Assembly (NCBI GenBank): GCA_030059675.1
Contig: JANVYQ010000003.1
Coordinates: 96,001 to 160,000 of the forward strand
Reading direction: 5' to 3'
Source: Candidatus Pelearchaeum maunauluense
Lineage (GTDB): Archaea; Thermoproteota; Nitrososphaeria_A; Caldarchaeales; Caldarchaeaceae
DNA: 64,000 nucleotides
Shown: positions 9,472-19,547 of the stretch, in pieces
Numbering within the stretch: position 1 is the first letter of the stretch
How the letters are laid out: each line of letters begins with the position of its first letter
Position numbers and translations under genes: made by a program
The notes under the pieces: generated by a model
Databases searched by the model: none
What the model saw: only the letters and a program-made list of their open reading frames with translations
What the model was told of the DNA's origin: nothing

Positions 9472-10188
9472 CTAGCGCCTTTGCTCAATCACAACACCCT
9501 GACCACGTGATATGAGCGTATGCACAAGATACCCTACTGCGGCGAAGTCCATCAAAGGCGCGGCAACCAGCGTTATTATCCCCGCGTCGTGATGCTGGCT
9601 GAGTGGATACAGCTTGTAGACGTAGTCGCTTACCTGAGACAGGTAAAGACCAGCCCACAGCATGACTTTCCCAAAAGCTATAGCTATAACCGCCCTACGC
9701 GGCGGTGATAACTGCTTAACACTCAGATAGACGAGCCCGCCCAAAATCATAAAGCTAATATGCATAACCTCGTGCAGCAAGCCGTCAAGCGTGCCATTCA
9801 CGAAGATGTCGGGAATATGCCAGTATCCCAGTATAGCGGCAGCACCGGCCAGCCCTGGAATACCAGACCAATTCAGCTTTTTATTAAGAACGAGAAAACG
9901 CGTGTAAAACGCCCTCAGCATGCTAACGCGCGGCGACTGTCGGGGAGACGTGAGAATAAGCTGCATGATATCTTCGGATAGTGAGAGGATTAGAAAGCCT
10001 GAAGAGGCGAAGAGAAAATGCTGAACCATCATGTGAAATATGAAGTTTGTTATCTCCAGCTCATCTATCCCTGGGAATGTGTATAGGAATATGAAGACCG
10101 CTGATACGTATGCTGATTTATAAAAAATATGCAATAGTTTCTTTGTGTGTTGTCGCTGGGCTGCTCTAGCCATGACGCTGTGCTTCAA
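9472..10188 (-). CDS. Cytochrome oxidase assembly membrane protein (CtaG/DUF1404-like)
   Basis: HMMVQH, WHIP and H..MH..F motifs in TM helices; directly downstream of coxA. Confidence 0.75.
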   Translation of the reverse strand: MKHSVMARAAQRQHTKKLLHIFYKSAYVSAVFIFLYTFPGIDELEITNFIFHMMVQHFLFASSGFLILSLSEDIMQLILTSPRQSPRVSMLRAFYTRFLVLNKKLNWSGIPGLAGAAAILGYWHIPDIFVNGTLDGLLHEVMHISFMILGGLVYLSVKQLSPPRRAVIAIAFGKVMLWAGLYLSQVSDYVYKLYPLSQHHDAGIITLVAAPLMDFAAVGYLVHTLISRGQGVVIEQRR

Positions 10189-11722
10189 CCTCGTTCATCG
10201 CCTCGCCCATAAAGTCGGGCATGCCATTCTTAGCCGCGTCCCATGGGTCTGGGCTTGCCGCTGGCCCCTTCTTCCAGCTAATCAGCAAGTTAAGCAGGAA
10301 GATTATAGTCCCCACGCCTATCAATATTGCGCCGAACGTGGCTATAGCGTGAAGTCCTTGGAACTCTGGCAGATACTCATAGTAGCGTCTCGGCATGCCG
10401 AGTAGCCCTAGTGCGAGCATGGGTATGTATAGCAAGTACTGTCCTACGTTGGCGCTTATGAAATGAACCTTGCCCAAGGTCTCGCTGTACATTCTCTTGG
10501 TGAAGTGTGGGAAGTAGTAGTAGGTCGCTGCGAAGGCGGCTTGGCTTATTGCGCCAAAGAGAATAAGGTGGAAGTGGCCGACAACAAAGTATGTGTCCTG
10601 TAGATGGAAGTCAACGGGTATCCCCGCCTGGAATACGCCTGTTATCCCACCTACTATGAATGTGCCTATGAAGCTCAGCGTGAAGAGTGTGGGAGTGTTA
10701 AACCTTATTTTACCTCCATACAAAGTGGCCTCCCAGTTAATCACCTTTATCCCAGAGGGTATAGCTACAGCCATAGTCATTAACATGAAAGGCGCCAACG
10801 CATTTATTGACATGCCAGTCGTGAACATGTGGTGCGCCCATACTCCGAAGCCGAGGACGCCTATGAGGACTGTTGAGTATGCTATTGCCTTATAGCCGTA
10901 TATTGGTCGTTTTACAAGTCTTGGTAATATCTCGGAGATAATTCCCATGGCTGGGAGGACCAGTATATAGACCTCTGGGTGTCCGAAGAACCAGAATAGG
11001 TGTTGCCAGAGTATCGGGTCTCCCCCACCTTCAGGTATGTAGAACTGGGTGCCGAAGTTTCTATCTAGTAGTAGTAGTGTGAGGCCGAATGCTAGTACTG
11101 GGACAGCTAAGATTATGATGAATGCCGTAACTGCTATAGACCAGACGAAGAGGGGCATGTTGCTGAAGTTTATCCCGGGTCTGCGTAGACGCCATATTGT
11201 TACTATGAAGTTTAGGGAGCCGATTATGGATGATGTCCCTACTATGTGCAGGCTTAGTATCCACATATCCACGCCTATGTCGGGCTGGATTACGGTTAGC
11301 GGGGCGTAGCCTGTCCAGCCTATGTTGGGCCAGCCTATAAGGAGTAGAGCGGCCGCAACTGGCAGAAGCCAGAAGCTCAGGGCGTTTAGCTTCGGGTAGT
11401 ATAGGTCTGGAGCGCCTATCATCTTTGGAACCATGTAGTTAGCGAATCCGAAGAACACTGGGGTTGCCCAGAAGAATATCATTAACGTACCATGAACGGT
11501 GAAGAGGCTGTTGTAGAAGTTTGCGTCAACAACGTTTCCTTCTGGTGTAGCGAGTTCCCAGCGCATCCATAGGGCGAAGAGGCCGCCTACTATGAGGAAG
11601 ATGTAGGAGAACGCGAAGTACAGCATTCCTATCTCCGTATGATGCGTGGTGGTGAGTATTCTCCGCAGACTCTTATACCAAGGTGTGTGCTGTTTCTCAA
11701 CACGCGATTGAGTTACGGTCAT
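10166..11722 (-). CDS. coxA: Heme-copper oxidase subunit I, A1 type
   Basis: HGTLMIF, WFFGHPEVY, VWAHHMF, VGHFH, GMPRRY. Confidence 0.96.
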   Translation of the reverse strand: MTVTQSRVEKQHTPWYKSLRRILTTTHHTEIGMLYFAFSYIFLIVGGLFALWMRWELATPEGNVVDANFYNSLFTVHGTLMIFFWATPVFFGFANYMVPKMIGAPDLYYPKLNALSFWLLPVAAALLLIGWPNIGWTGYAPLTVIQPDIGVDMWILSLHIVGTSSIIGSLNFIVTIWRLRRPGINFSNMPLFVWSIAVTAFIIILAVPVLAFGLTLLLLDRNFGTQFYIPEGGGDPILWQHLFWFFGHPEVYILVLPAMGIISEILPRLVKRPIYGYKAIAYSTVLIGVLGFGVWAHHMFTTGMSINALAPFMLMTMAVAIPSGIKVINWEATLYGGKIRFNTPTLFTLSFIGTFIVGGITGVFQAGIPVDFHLQDTYFVVGHFHLILFGAISQAAFAATYYYFPHFTKRMYSETLGKVHFISANVGQYLLYIPMLALGLLGMPRRYYEYLPEFQGLHAIATFGAILIGVGTIIFLLNLLISWKKGPAASPDPWDAAKNGMPDFMGEAMNEVEAQRHG

Positions 11723-11743
11723 TATATCATCACCACCTCATTA

Positions 11744-12160
11744 TTATTCTACTATGAGCATAGCGCGCATGTTGGAATGGCCTGAGCCACAGAACTCAGC
11801 GCACTGGATAACATACTCACCAGGCTTCATGGGCGTGAAGGTTAACACGTTAACTCGTCCAGGGACTACGTCTCTCTTAATACCAAAATCTTTTAAGTAA
11901 AAACTATGTATTACATCTTCGCTTATCAGCTCCAGCTTAACCGTCTGTCCTGCTCTAATGTGGAGTTCGGCTGAGCGTGTTCCGTCAGGGTATATGAATT
12001 CCCACGCGAACTGCCTAGCCCTTACTTCAATAGTTATGTCAGCCTCCTGCGCCTGTGCTTCAAATTGGCTGGCAGTGAACCAAGATGCTATCCCTATATA
12101 GGCGAATAGTATTGCTGCTCCAATTATTGTTCCCCACTCCACGTATCTAACACTTGTCAT
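11744..12160 (-). CDS. coxB: Heme-copper oxidase subunit II (CuA domain, single TM)
   Basis: QFAWEF.YP, DVIHSF, CAEFCGSGHSNM CuA motif. Confidence 0.92.
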   Translation of the reverse strand: MTSVRYVEWGTIIGAAILFAYIGIASWFTASQFEAQAQEADITIEVRARQFAWEFIYPDGTRSAELHIRAGQTVKLELISEDVIHSFYLKDFGIKRDVVPGRVNVLTFTPMKPGEYVIQCAEFCGSGHSNMRAMLIVE

Positions 12161-12399
12161 CCTCCATCAACCCCCCTTTCTCGGAACTTTATGCTCATCC
12201 AGATTAGCGAGCCTAGGAATATCGCTCCAACGGCCGAGCCTGAGATGTAGATGAACTGGTAAAGCTGGTTTATCCGCACAGTCTCGCGTGAGAGCGGCTC
12301 AAAGAGCTGTCCAAAGTTGCCCAGAGCTAGTAGAGCGGCGAAAAGGGTTATGATTATCCCGGCCCAGGCAACGTAATCTCCCGCCGAGAGTTTTTCCAT
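12157..12399 (-). CDS. Small 2-TM protein coupled to coxB, probably equivalent to the N-terminal part of subunit II
   Basis: 80 aa, ATGA overlap with coxB, ends ...IKFRER like helix I of subunit II. Confidence 0.7.
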   Translation of the reverse strand: MEKLSAGDYVAWAGIIITLFAALLALGNFGQLFEPLSRETVRINQLYQFIYISGSAVGAIFLGSLIWMSIKFRERGVDGG

Positions 12400-12471
12400 A
12401 TTTTCACCTAATCTGTTAGGTTAAAATCGGGCTTTCTCACTATTTAGAGTTTATTATTACTTACAAAAATG

Positions 12472-12900
12472 TTATTTCAACTGTATTAGGTAGAGCGCTG
12501 TCCCCAGATAGAAGCCAAAAACCAACAGCGCTACGCCCATGTGTGTTGTTACTAAGAGGGGGTGGAGTAGGCTGAAGATTACCTGGGCTCCTACGAAGAA
12601 GACCTGAACGGTTATCGCTACCAAGCCAGCTAGAGCCAGCTTCTTAGCAGGCTTAAGCTCCTCCTCTCTCCTACTTCTGAGCACCAGCGAGGTTGTAACG
12701 GCTAGAATAAAGCTCAGCATAGCAAACCCGCGGTGGAGAAACTCCACCAGAATCCCGAAGCTGGTTATCTCGGGGCAGAGAGGCCAGTCTGGACAAGCCA
12801 AACCAGCACCAATCTTACTCACATACGTGCCTACGAGCATGGTGGAGTATATCACAATTACTGTAATGAATGAGAGGAGCTTCACATGCTTCGGCACCAT
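12472..12900 (-). CDS. ctaA: Short (4-TM) heme A synthase, COX15/CtaA family
   Basis: GAGLACPDWPLC, EFLHR and a second TM His; 142 aa half-size archaeal form. Confidence 0.85.
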   Translation of the reverse strand: MVPKHVKLLSFITVIVIYSTMLVGTYVSKIGAGLACPDWPLCPEITSFGILVEFLHRGFAMLSFILAVTTSLVLRSRREEELKPAKKLALAGLVAITVQVFFVGAQVIFSLLHPLLVTTHMGVALLVFGFYLGTALYLIQLK

Positions 12901-12973
12901 GTAATACCATCCTCATCCTTATTAGAGATGGGTTGGTACTTTCGCCTAATAGATTTTATTATCAATTGAACTC

Positions 12974-13867
12974 TCAGCTAAAGCTGGGCTCCACCTCCCT
13001 GGTGAAGATTTTCATGTCTTCTATGATTTTGTCAGTTTGTTTATCACCGAAGTTAAGCACAAAATAAGAAGCTCCAGCATCCGCGTATGGTGAGAGCTGC
13101 TCTATTACTTGCTGGGGCACGCCACTCAGCATGACTCTCTTAATACCTGTGGGGGCAATGGTCTCGCGGGGAGATTTTCCTGAAAGGTCTACCGAGAACC
13201 GTCCAGAAACTACGAACCCCCCGTGATTTGATGATTGCACCAACTTCATCCTGTCATGGAACTCGTCAAGTGGTATTCCTGAAAAGTGCCAGCCATCAGC
13301 TAGGCTTAATGCGCGTCTAACTGCTGCACGCGAATGGCCCCCTAGCCATATCGGCGGGCCATCAGGCTGTATTGGCCTGGGGTCAAATATTGCGCTCTCT
13401 ATTTTGTGATATTTTCCGATGAATGTGGGGGTGCGGCTTGACCATAGAGTTTTGAGTAGTTTAAGCTGTTCGCTGAACAGATCTCCCCGGCCTCTAAATG
13501 ACGCTCCTAAGTTTCTAAACTCCTCCTCAGCCCATCCTACTGCGAAGCCAGCTATTAGGCGGCCGCCGCTGAGGTTATCAAGCGTCGCAAGCTCCTTGGC
13601 AGTTATCACAGCGTTGCGCATGGGTAGTACTATTATTGAGGTTCCAAGCCTTACCTGCTGGGTTATCGCAGCAACGTAAGCGAGTGTAATGAGGGGTTCG
13701 TATATTCTGCCGTAGGGGTAGCTTAGGTTGCGGGGCATTAGTATGTGGTCGGTAACCCATATTGAGTCGTAGCCCAGCTCTTCGGCTGCTCTCGCTATTT
13801 TCCCGATGCTCTCCCTGCTGGAGTTTTTACCGAAGTTGGGTAGGCATACGCCGAACTTAACCCTCAA
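12974..13867 (-). CDS. LLM-class F420-dependent oxidoreductase
   Basis: AEELGYDSIWVTDH, ATLDNLSGGRL, GW..EEF..LG, PPIWLGG. Confidence 0.88.
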   Translation of the reverse strand: MRVKFGVCLPNFGKNSSRESIGKIARAAEELGYDSIWVTDHILMPRNLSYPYGRIYEPLITLAYVAAITQQVRLGTSIIVLPMRNAVITAKELATLDNLSGGRLIAGFAVGWAEEEFRNLGASFRGRGDLFSEQLKLLKTLWSSRTPTFIGKYHKIESAIFDPRPIQPDGPPIWLGGHSRAAVRRALSLADGWHFSGIPLDEFHDRMKLVQSSNHGGFVVSGRFSVDLSGKSPRETIAPTGIKRVMLSGVPQQVIEQLSPYADAGASYFVLNFGDKQTDKIIEDMKIFTREVEPSFS

Positions 13868-13889
13868 GGCTCATACTCACCAACGCTAT

Positions 13890-15260
13890 TCAACCTTTGC
13901 CAGACGACACCTTTTCGGCCAGTCTTAGAACCTTCCTAGCAACATCAATAGCATCGTTTCCTATAATCAGCATCATGGGCTCCTTCCCAACATCCCCGTC
14001 GTGATAAATCACGTCAGGCACGCCTCCATACGCTTTGATAGCCTCCTCAACACCCCAGGGAATCGTCATGCCCTCAACATCCTTTATCTCGGGAGGCTCT
14101 TTACGCCTGTCATAGCTTGATATGGAGTAGCCAAGCTTAATAGCGGCGTTTAGTATCTCGTCGTTTTTCTTGATGTTGATTGCGCTACGCATGGATTTGC
14201 TGTACTTCATTATTGTTAGTACGGCGCTGGCTACGTGGCGTGAAGCGCCGAAGCGAGGCTCCGATACAGCGCTGACCCTATTACCAATCTTGACAATACG
14301 CCCAGGGATTGCCGCCACATCATCATAGCCCTTGGCATCATCAATAGCCATGGCTAGGTTCATCTGAGACTCGGGGACGAGGAGATGAATGTTCGGGTCT
14401 GCCGTTATTAGTTCAAGAGCCTCCTGCATAGTAAGTAGGGTTCTAAACCTCCTGGCGTCCTGTAAAACAGTCGCCATCGGGTTAACGGGGCCATGTCCAG
14501 AGCCTATGGCGAGGCCGTTCCTAATTGCCTGCGTGACGAATGTCTTGGCTTCTTTTACCGCCTCGCTTACGCTAAGCCCCTTGGCGAGGCCAGCGGCTAT
14601 GGCCGAGGCGAAGACACAGCCAGTTCCATGTGTATTCTTCGTATCTATGCGCGGTGCTTCAAAATAGTAGAACTTCTCCGCATGGTAAAGCACGTCAACC
14701 ACATTCCTGCTCGCTAGATGGCCTCCCTTCACCACCGCGGCCCTGGCTCCTCTATCCACCAGCATCTTCGCAGCGCGCTTCTGGTCATCTAGCGTCTTTA
14801 TCTTAACGCCTGTCAGCGCCTCCGCCTCGGCTGCGTTGGGCGTTACAACGCGGGCGAGAGGTATTAGCTTGGTGAGTAAAATCTCTATAGCGTCTTCGCG
14901 AATTAGCCTGGCGCCGCTCTTAGCTACCGCTACAGGGTCAACCACTATGGGCGCGTCTATTGATGAAAGCTCGTCTGCTACAGCCTCTATAATATCCGGG
15001 GTGTGTAGCATCCCTGTCTTAATTGCGTCAACTCCTATATCCTCAACCACAACCCGTATCTGCTCACGTATTATCTCGGCTGGAATATCTTGTATAGCCG
15101 TAACCTTGGCTGTGTTCTGTGCTGTTATTGAGGTTATGGCGGTCATCCCGTGAACTCCAAATGCTGCGAATGTCTTAAGGTCTGCTTGTATCCCTGCGCC
15201 GCCTCCTGAGTCTGAGCCAGCTATGGTTAGAGCGCGCGGTATTTTCAAACCCTGCACCAC
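13890..15260 (-). CDS. thiD: Bifunctional HMP/HMP-P kinase ThiD fused to thiamine-phosphate synthase ThiN
   Basis: [21 protein letters not shown]; C-terminal [18 protein letters not shown] (ThiN). Confidence 0.93.
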   Translation of the reverse strand: MVQGLKIPRALTIAGSDSGGGAGIQADLKTFAAFGVHGMTAITSITAQNTAKVTAIQDIPAEIIREQIRVVVEDIGVDAIKTGMLHTPDIIEAVADELSSIDAPIVVDPVAVAKSGARLIREDAIEILLTKLIPLARVVTPNAAEAEALTGVKIKTLDDQKRAAKMLVDRGARAAVVKGGHLASRNVVDVLYHAEKFYYFEAPRIDTKNTHGTGCVFASAIAAGLAKGLSVSEAVKEAKTFVTQAIRNGLAIGSGHGPVNPMATVLQDARRFRTLLTMQEALELITADPNIHLLVPESQMNLAMAIDDAKGYDDVAAIPGRIVKIGNRVSAVSEPRFGASRHVASAVLTIMKYSKSMRSAINIKKNDEILNAAIKLGYSISSYDRRKEPPEIKDVEGMTIPWGVEEAIKAYGGVPDVIYHDGDVGKEPMMLIIGNDAIDVARKVLRLAEKVSSGKG

Positions 15261-15296
15261 CCTTCCCGCTCACCTAATAAACCAATAGGCCGATGA

Positions 15297-15866
15297 TTAA
15301 AGCATGACAACCCTGTCCATGTGATGTTTAAGCTCTTCCACTAGAAGCTTCTCCCTAAGGCTTATTCCAGAGCCGTAGTCTTCTGCTAGGCTTGAGCCGT
15401 AGTATGCTGTGCCTATGAATGTTCGGCTGATTTTAATGATGTTTAGTAGCTCATCTAGCTCGCCTGCGTGTAGGAAGATTGTTAAGTCATTTATCGCCAG
15501 TAGTGGTCGTGGTTTTTCCATGTATTGTTTAAACAGCAGCCTGGCGTTTTCTGCGTTATGCTTAGCGTAGCGTATTACATCGTCCATGTTGCAGGCTTGT
15601 GTGCGCGGAGCGTAGACTAGGCTGGGCCTTAGGTAGGCGGCCTCGTTGGGTAGCTTGATATACTCAGTTATTGTTCCGCCTATCTTTCCCATGCGTGGAG
15701 GCGCTAGGTCTATAACAACCATGTCTCTCGCATGGCCCTCTGCCACCAGCCGCTCTAGTAGCTCAGCCAGCGCGCGGGTTTTCCCACTACCTGCTTCGCC
15801 TATGATGAGCGTCTTTAGGCCAAGAATCTTCTCCCTATCTATTCCTGAGAAGGCCGAACCCCTCAA
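15297..15866 (-). CDS. Uncharacterised small P-loop NTPase
   Basis: Walker A GEAGSGKT; Walker B-like LLAIND; overlaps thiW. Confidence 0.75.
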   Translation of the reverse strand: MRGSAFSGIDREKILGLKTLIIGEAGSGKTRALAELLERLVAEGHARDMVVIDLAPPRMGKIGGTITEYIKLPNEAAYLRPSLVYAPRTQACNMDDVIRYAKHNAENARLLFKQYMEKPRPLLAINDLTIFLHAGELDELLNIIKISRTFIGTAYYGSSLAEDYGSGISLREKLLVEELKHHMDRVVML

Positions 15867-16410
15867 GGCTCAGCAGCACTAGGTATCCAATTATGCTTCC
15901 TGGTATTGAGCTTGCAGCCCACCCCCAGTAGAATGTGGTGAGAGCGCCGAAGAGGCCGAGGCTCTCTATCAGTTGGGCTGATTTATGCCCTATTGCGGGC
16001 GCTACTACGAGTAGTGAGAATGTCCCTCCGATGAGAACGGTTCCCACAGGCTCAAAGAGAGCCGCAACTAGAGCTTTTCTCCTACCTATCCACCGCCGCA
16101 GGAGGCGGTAAGCCAGGCCAACAACCACAGCCCCTGGTATCCCGCCTGGAAAAGCGAAGACGGTCCCTATACCGACTGCGTTCCTGTATATCCCGACTAG
16201 TATAGCTACCAGCGACGCCCACCAGGGACCTATCATCACACCGCCAACCGCGTTGACGAGGTGTTGGCCTGGGAAGGCTAGGGTTCCGAAGAATGGAAAG
16301 AAGAATGTATGGGCTAGGATTATGCCCAGTCCTGTGAAGACCGTCGTGTATGCTATATTTACGGAGACGGGCTTCTTGATTTCTTTCTGGGCGCTTGCGT
16401 CTGAAGGCAT
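15835..16410 (-). CDS. thiW: ECF transporter S component ThiW (thiazole)
   Basis: FPGQHLVN, GTVFAFPGGIPGA, EPVGT..IG, SSIPG motifs. Confidence 0.88.
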   Translation of the reverse strand: MPSDASAQKEIKKPVSVNIAYTTVFTGLGIILAHTFFFPFFGTLAFPGQHLVNAVGGVMIGPWWASLVAILVGIYRNAVGIGTVFAFPGGIPGAVVVGLAYRLLRRWIGRRKALVAALFEPVGTVLIGGTFSLLVVAPAIGHKSAQLIESLGLFGALTTFYWGWAASSIPGSIIGYLVLLSLEGFGLLRNR

Positions 16411-16458
16411 GCTGTCTGGTGGGTTTTAAAGGAAAATATAACCATAGATATAAGCGGC

Positions 16459-16893
16459 TTATCGCTCAGCCCAGACCCACTTATCGCTTGTTAAGTAATT
16501 GACAAGAGTCCCAGCACCTATCGCTATGACATTAGAGAGCAGATAGTATAGGCCAGCTAGGTCGGTCAATAGGTAGAGGACTGCCAGATTGGTAATCATG
16601 CCAAGAAAACGCGAGCCATGAAACTTGAAGAGACGCACAACCCATCCATCAGATACGCGTCTATCGCCAAACGTCCATAAATCGTTCCAGTAGAAGTTGT
16701 TTATGATTGAGGCTTCTATGCTTATGACGGCCGACAGCATGTAGAAGCGCTCACCAAACACATAAGTTGTTAAAAGCCATAGAAGGCCCACATTGACGAC
16801 AAGGCCTGAAAGCCCTACTCCTCCAAATCTCACCAGGCGGATTATGGGAATCTTAGCCAATATGTGATGCAGAGTATTACGCCTAGCTTTCAT
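16459..16893 (-). CDS. GtrA family membrane protein
   Basis: RFG.VG.SG..VN, NNF.WND.WTF, NY..S..WVW. Confidence 0.88.
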   Translation of the reverse strand: MKARRNTLHHILAKIPIIRLVRFGGVGLSGLVVNVGLLWLLTTYVFGERFYMLSAVISIEASIINNFYWNDLWTFGDRRVSDGWVVRLFKFHGSRFLGMITNLAVLYLLTDLAGLYYLLSNVIAIGAGTLVNYLTSDKWVWAER

Positions 16894-16954
16894 TCAACGT
16901 ATCTATCTTCGTCATCTTCTAACGTGCTTAAATAATGTTTCACTAAGTCATCTA

Positions 16955-18052
16955 CTACTGGAAGAATGTTAGGCTGGTCTGCTTGGATGCGGGTTTTAGG
17001 TCAAAGAGCCTTACGCCAGCCCTACGTAGCATGAGGCTGGGCTGCTCATTTAGGAGTGCGTTAAAGAGATGTCTAACGGTATCTATCAAGAGCCGCCTAT
17101 CAACTGGCTCGTTTATAGTCTTGGAGCGTGTAATCATCCGCAGGGTTGTTGATATTGCTATTATTCCAACTCCAGAGAAAGATACTCCCATACTCTCCGC
17201 TTTGTTCAAAATATCATTAATGGGATTAGATAGCTGGCGCATTATTTCTTCAACATCACGAGTGTTTTGCTTTAGGGTTATTATCCTGCTTATCTGCTTC
17301 CTCTCACGCCTCTCCGCGACCGGCTCATAATACTCGCCGCGCGCTGCCAGTTTCAAGTAGGTTGCGGTCTTCTCACCCACTAGTTGGCGGAGCTTATCCA
17401 CGCTAAGCTGGGCTAGGTCTCCTATCGTCTTAACACCAAGCTCCTCCAGCTTTGTACGCAGCTTCTCGCCTACACCTGGGAGCTTCTCAACAGGTAACTC
17501 GGCTAAGAAGGAGGCTGTCTCCTCTGGCTTTACTACGCGTAGTCCATCGGGCTTAGCTACGTCAGCAGCTATCTTGGCTACAACCTTATTACATGCTATT
17601 CCAACTGTGCATTTAAGCCCCAGCAACTCGCGTATTCTTCTCTTAATCTCGGAACCAAGCTCCATGGCCCTAGAATAATCATAGCCAACGCGCGATGATA
17701 TGTCAAGAGAAGCTTCGTCTATGCTCTCCACCTCCACGACATCGGCGAACTCGCGTAGAATCTCCATGACCTGCTCGGATATCTGGGCATACTCCTCTCG
17801 GCGCATAGGTAGGAAGACCGCATCCGTGCCCTTGAGCAGCGCTTTGGCTCGTACTATTGGTATTCCTGCCTTAACCCCGTACCTGCGGGCTATGTAGTTG
17901 GCCGAGCTTACAACACCGCTTTCCTCAGTTCTGCCTGAGTAGACGCAGACCACTACTGGTTTATCCGCTATCCCTGGGTTCTGAAGCTCCTCAATCTGGG
18001 CGAAGAAGTAGTCAAGGTCAATATGCGCTACTATCTGGTCTTTCCTCTTCAT
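16955..18052 (-). CDS. dinB: Y-family DNA polymerase IV (Dpo4/DinB)
   Basis: HIDLDYFFAQIE, ANY.AR.YGV, SIDEA, AK.A.D.AKPDG. Confidence 0.95.
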   Translation of the reverse strand: MKRKDQIVAHIDLDYFFAQIEELQNPGIADKPVVVCVYSGRTEESGVVSSANYIARRYGVKAGIPIVRAKALLKGTDAVFLPMRREEYAQISEQVMEILREFADVVEVESIDEASLDISSRVGYDYSRAMELGSEIKRRIRELLGLKCTVGIACNKVVAKIAADVAKPDGLRVVKPEETASFLAELPVEKLPGVGEKLRTKLEELGVKTIGDLAQLSVDKLRQLVGEKTATYLKLAARGEYYEPVAERRERKQISRIITLKQNTRDVEEIMRQLSNPINDILNKAESMGVSFSGVGIIAISTTLRMITRSKTINEPVDRRLLIDTVRHLFNALLNEQPSLMLRRAGVRLFDLKPASKQTSLTFFQ

Positions 18053-18513
18053 GAGCGTTTTTTGAGCGGTATGGCGTTAGTCTCCTTAATAGTCCTGAGA
18101 ACAATCCTCGTCTCAGTAGCTACCACGCCGTCCAGCTTGCCTATCTCATCCAGCAGTTTGGCCAGAGTATCCCTATCACGCGTCCTGAGCTTGACCAAGC
18201 AGTAGTAGTCTCCCGTGACGTCGTGAACCTCCTGCACCTCCTCAAGGCTAGCTAGACTCTTAAGGAGGTTGTCATACTTGCTTGGATGAGCTCTTACCGA
18301 GACGAATGCAGCCAATCCATGGCCTAGCTTCTCCTCGTTCAAAACGGCTTGAAAACGCTTTATATACCCGTTTTTAAGCAGCTTCTGGACACGCGTATAG
18401 ACAGCAGCCTCGCTAATGCCCAGCTTCCTAGCCATATCCGAGTAGGAGACCCTGCCATTCTCCTGAAGCATGGCCAGTATTATCAGGTCCTTATCGTCTA
18501 TGGATTGCCGCAC
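18049..18513 (-). CDS. Lrp/AsnC family transcriptional regulator
   Basis: N-terminal HTH (LQENGRVSYSDMARKLGISEAAV), VTGDY in RAM domain. Confidence 0.92.
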   Translation of the reverse strand: MRQSIDDKDLIILAMLQENGRVSYSDMARKLGISEAAVYTRVQKLLKNGYIKRFQAVLNEEKLGHGLAAFVSVRAHPSKYDNLLKSLASLEEVQEVHDVTGDYYCLVKLRTRDRDTLAKLLDEIGKLDGVVATETRIVLRTIKETNAIPLKKRS

Positions 18514-18593
18514 TCCATGATAAAAGTTAGCATCGGTATAAAAACCTGCTTATCGTTAATAAGGTCTTTTCCGTCTACTTTTTGGGAGGATAG

Positions 18594-19547
18594 GTGGTTT
18601 TGGGGGGCTTGGTTATAGTTAAAGGACCTGAGTTGCTTAGGTATAGCTTTCCAGGCAGCCATCCTCTTACGAGTTTGAGGCTTGAGCGCTTTTATGAGCG
18701 GCTTGAGCGTGAGATGGGAAACTCGCAGGCTGTGCGGTTTATCCAGCCCCGCATGGCGTCGGAGGAGGAGCTAACCCTCTTCCATACAACGCGCTATGTG
18801 GAGTATGTGAAGAAGATGTGCGAGAGGGGGTATGGGTATCTGGACTATGGAGATACTCCAGCGTATAGGGGAGGATATGAGGCGGCGTCCTATGTTGTTG
18901 GGAGCACGCTGGAGCTGTGTAGGCTTGTTCTCAGGGGCGAGACCAAGCGCGGCTTCAACCCTATGGGAGGCCTACACCACGCGCGGCGAGACACCGCTGG
19001 AGGGTTCTGCATATTCAATGACGTGGGTGTGGCTATACACTATCTACTAGACAAACATGGGCTCAAGCGCGTGGCCTACGTGGATATAGACGCGCATCAC
19101 GGCGACGGCATATGCTATGACTTCTACAGCGATGAGCGCGTAATCTTCGCAGACATTCACCAAGACGGAAGAACACTATATCCTGGAACGGGGTTTGAGC
19201 ATGAGACAGGCGAGGGAAACGCTCAAGGGCTTAAGCTTAACATACCACTACCACCCTACGCTGGAGATGAGGAGTTTATACAGGCGTTTGGAAGGATAGA
19301 GGAGTTCTTGAACAAGCATGAGTTTGACATAATCCTCTTTCAGTGCGGTGCTGATGGGCTTATGGGAGACCCTATAACCAACCTGCAATACAGCCCCAAG
19401 GCGCATGAGCATGCCGCCAAGCGGTTGCTTGAGCTTGCGGAGCGTAAGTGTGCTGGTCGTATAATCGCGATGGGCGGCGGTGGATATAATCCTGACAACG
19501 TCGCGGCCGCTTGGATGGCTGTGGTGAAAACATTTGCAGAATACTGA
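18594..19547 (+). CDS. Histone deacetylase / AcuC family protein
   Basis: GGLHHA, GGFCIFND, DIDAHHGDG, QCGADG, GGGGY. Confidence 0.92.
   Translation: MVLGGLVIVKGPELLRYSFPGSHPLTSLRLERFYERLEREMGNSQAVRFIQPRMASEEELTLFHTTRYVEYVKKMCERGYGYLDYGDTPAYRGGYEAASYVVGSTLELCRLVLRGETKRGFNPMGGLHHARRDTAGGFCIFNDVGVAIHYLLDKHGLKRVAYVDIDAHHGDGICYDFYSDERVIFADIHQDGRTLYPGTGFEHETGEGNAQGLKLNIPLPPYAGDEEFIQAFGRIEEFLNKHEFDIILFQCGADGLMGDPITNLQYSPKAHEHAAKRLLELAERKCAGRIIAMGGGGYNPDNVAAAWMAVVKTFAEY

Noticed and set aside
16411-16458. TPP riboswitch upstream of thiW
   Set aside because: Only 48 nt, AT-rich, and no CUGAGA core; a ThiR operator is possible but cannot be supported.
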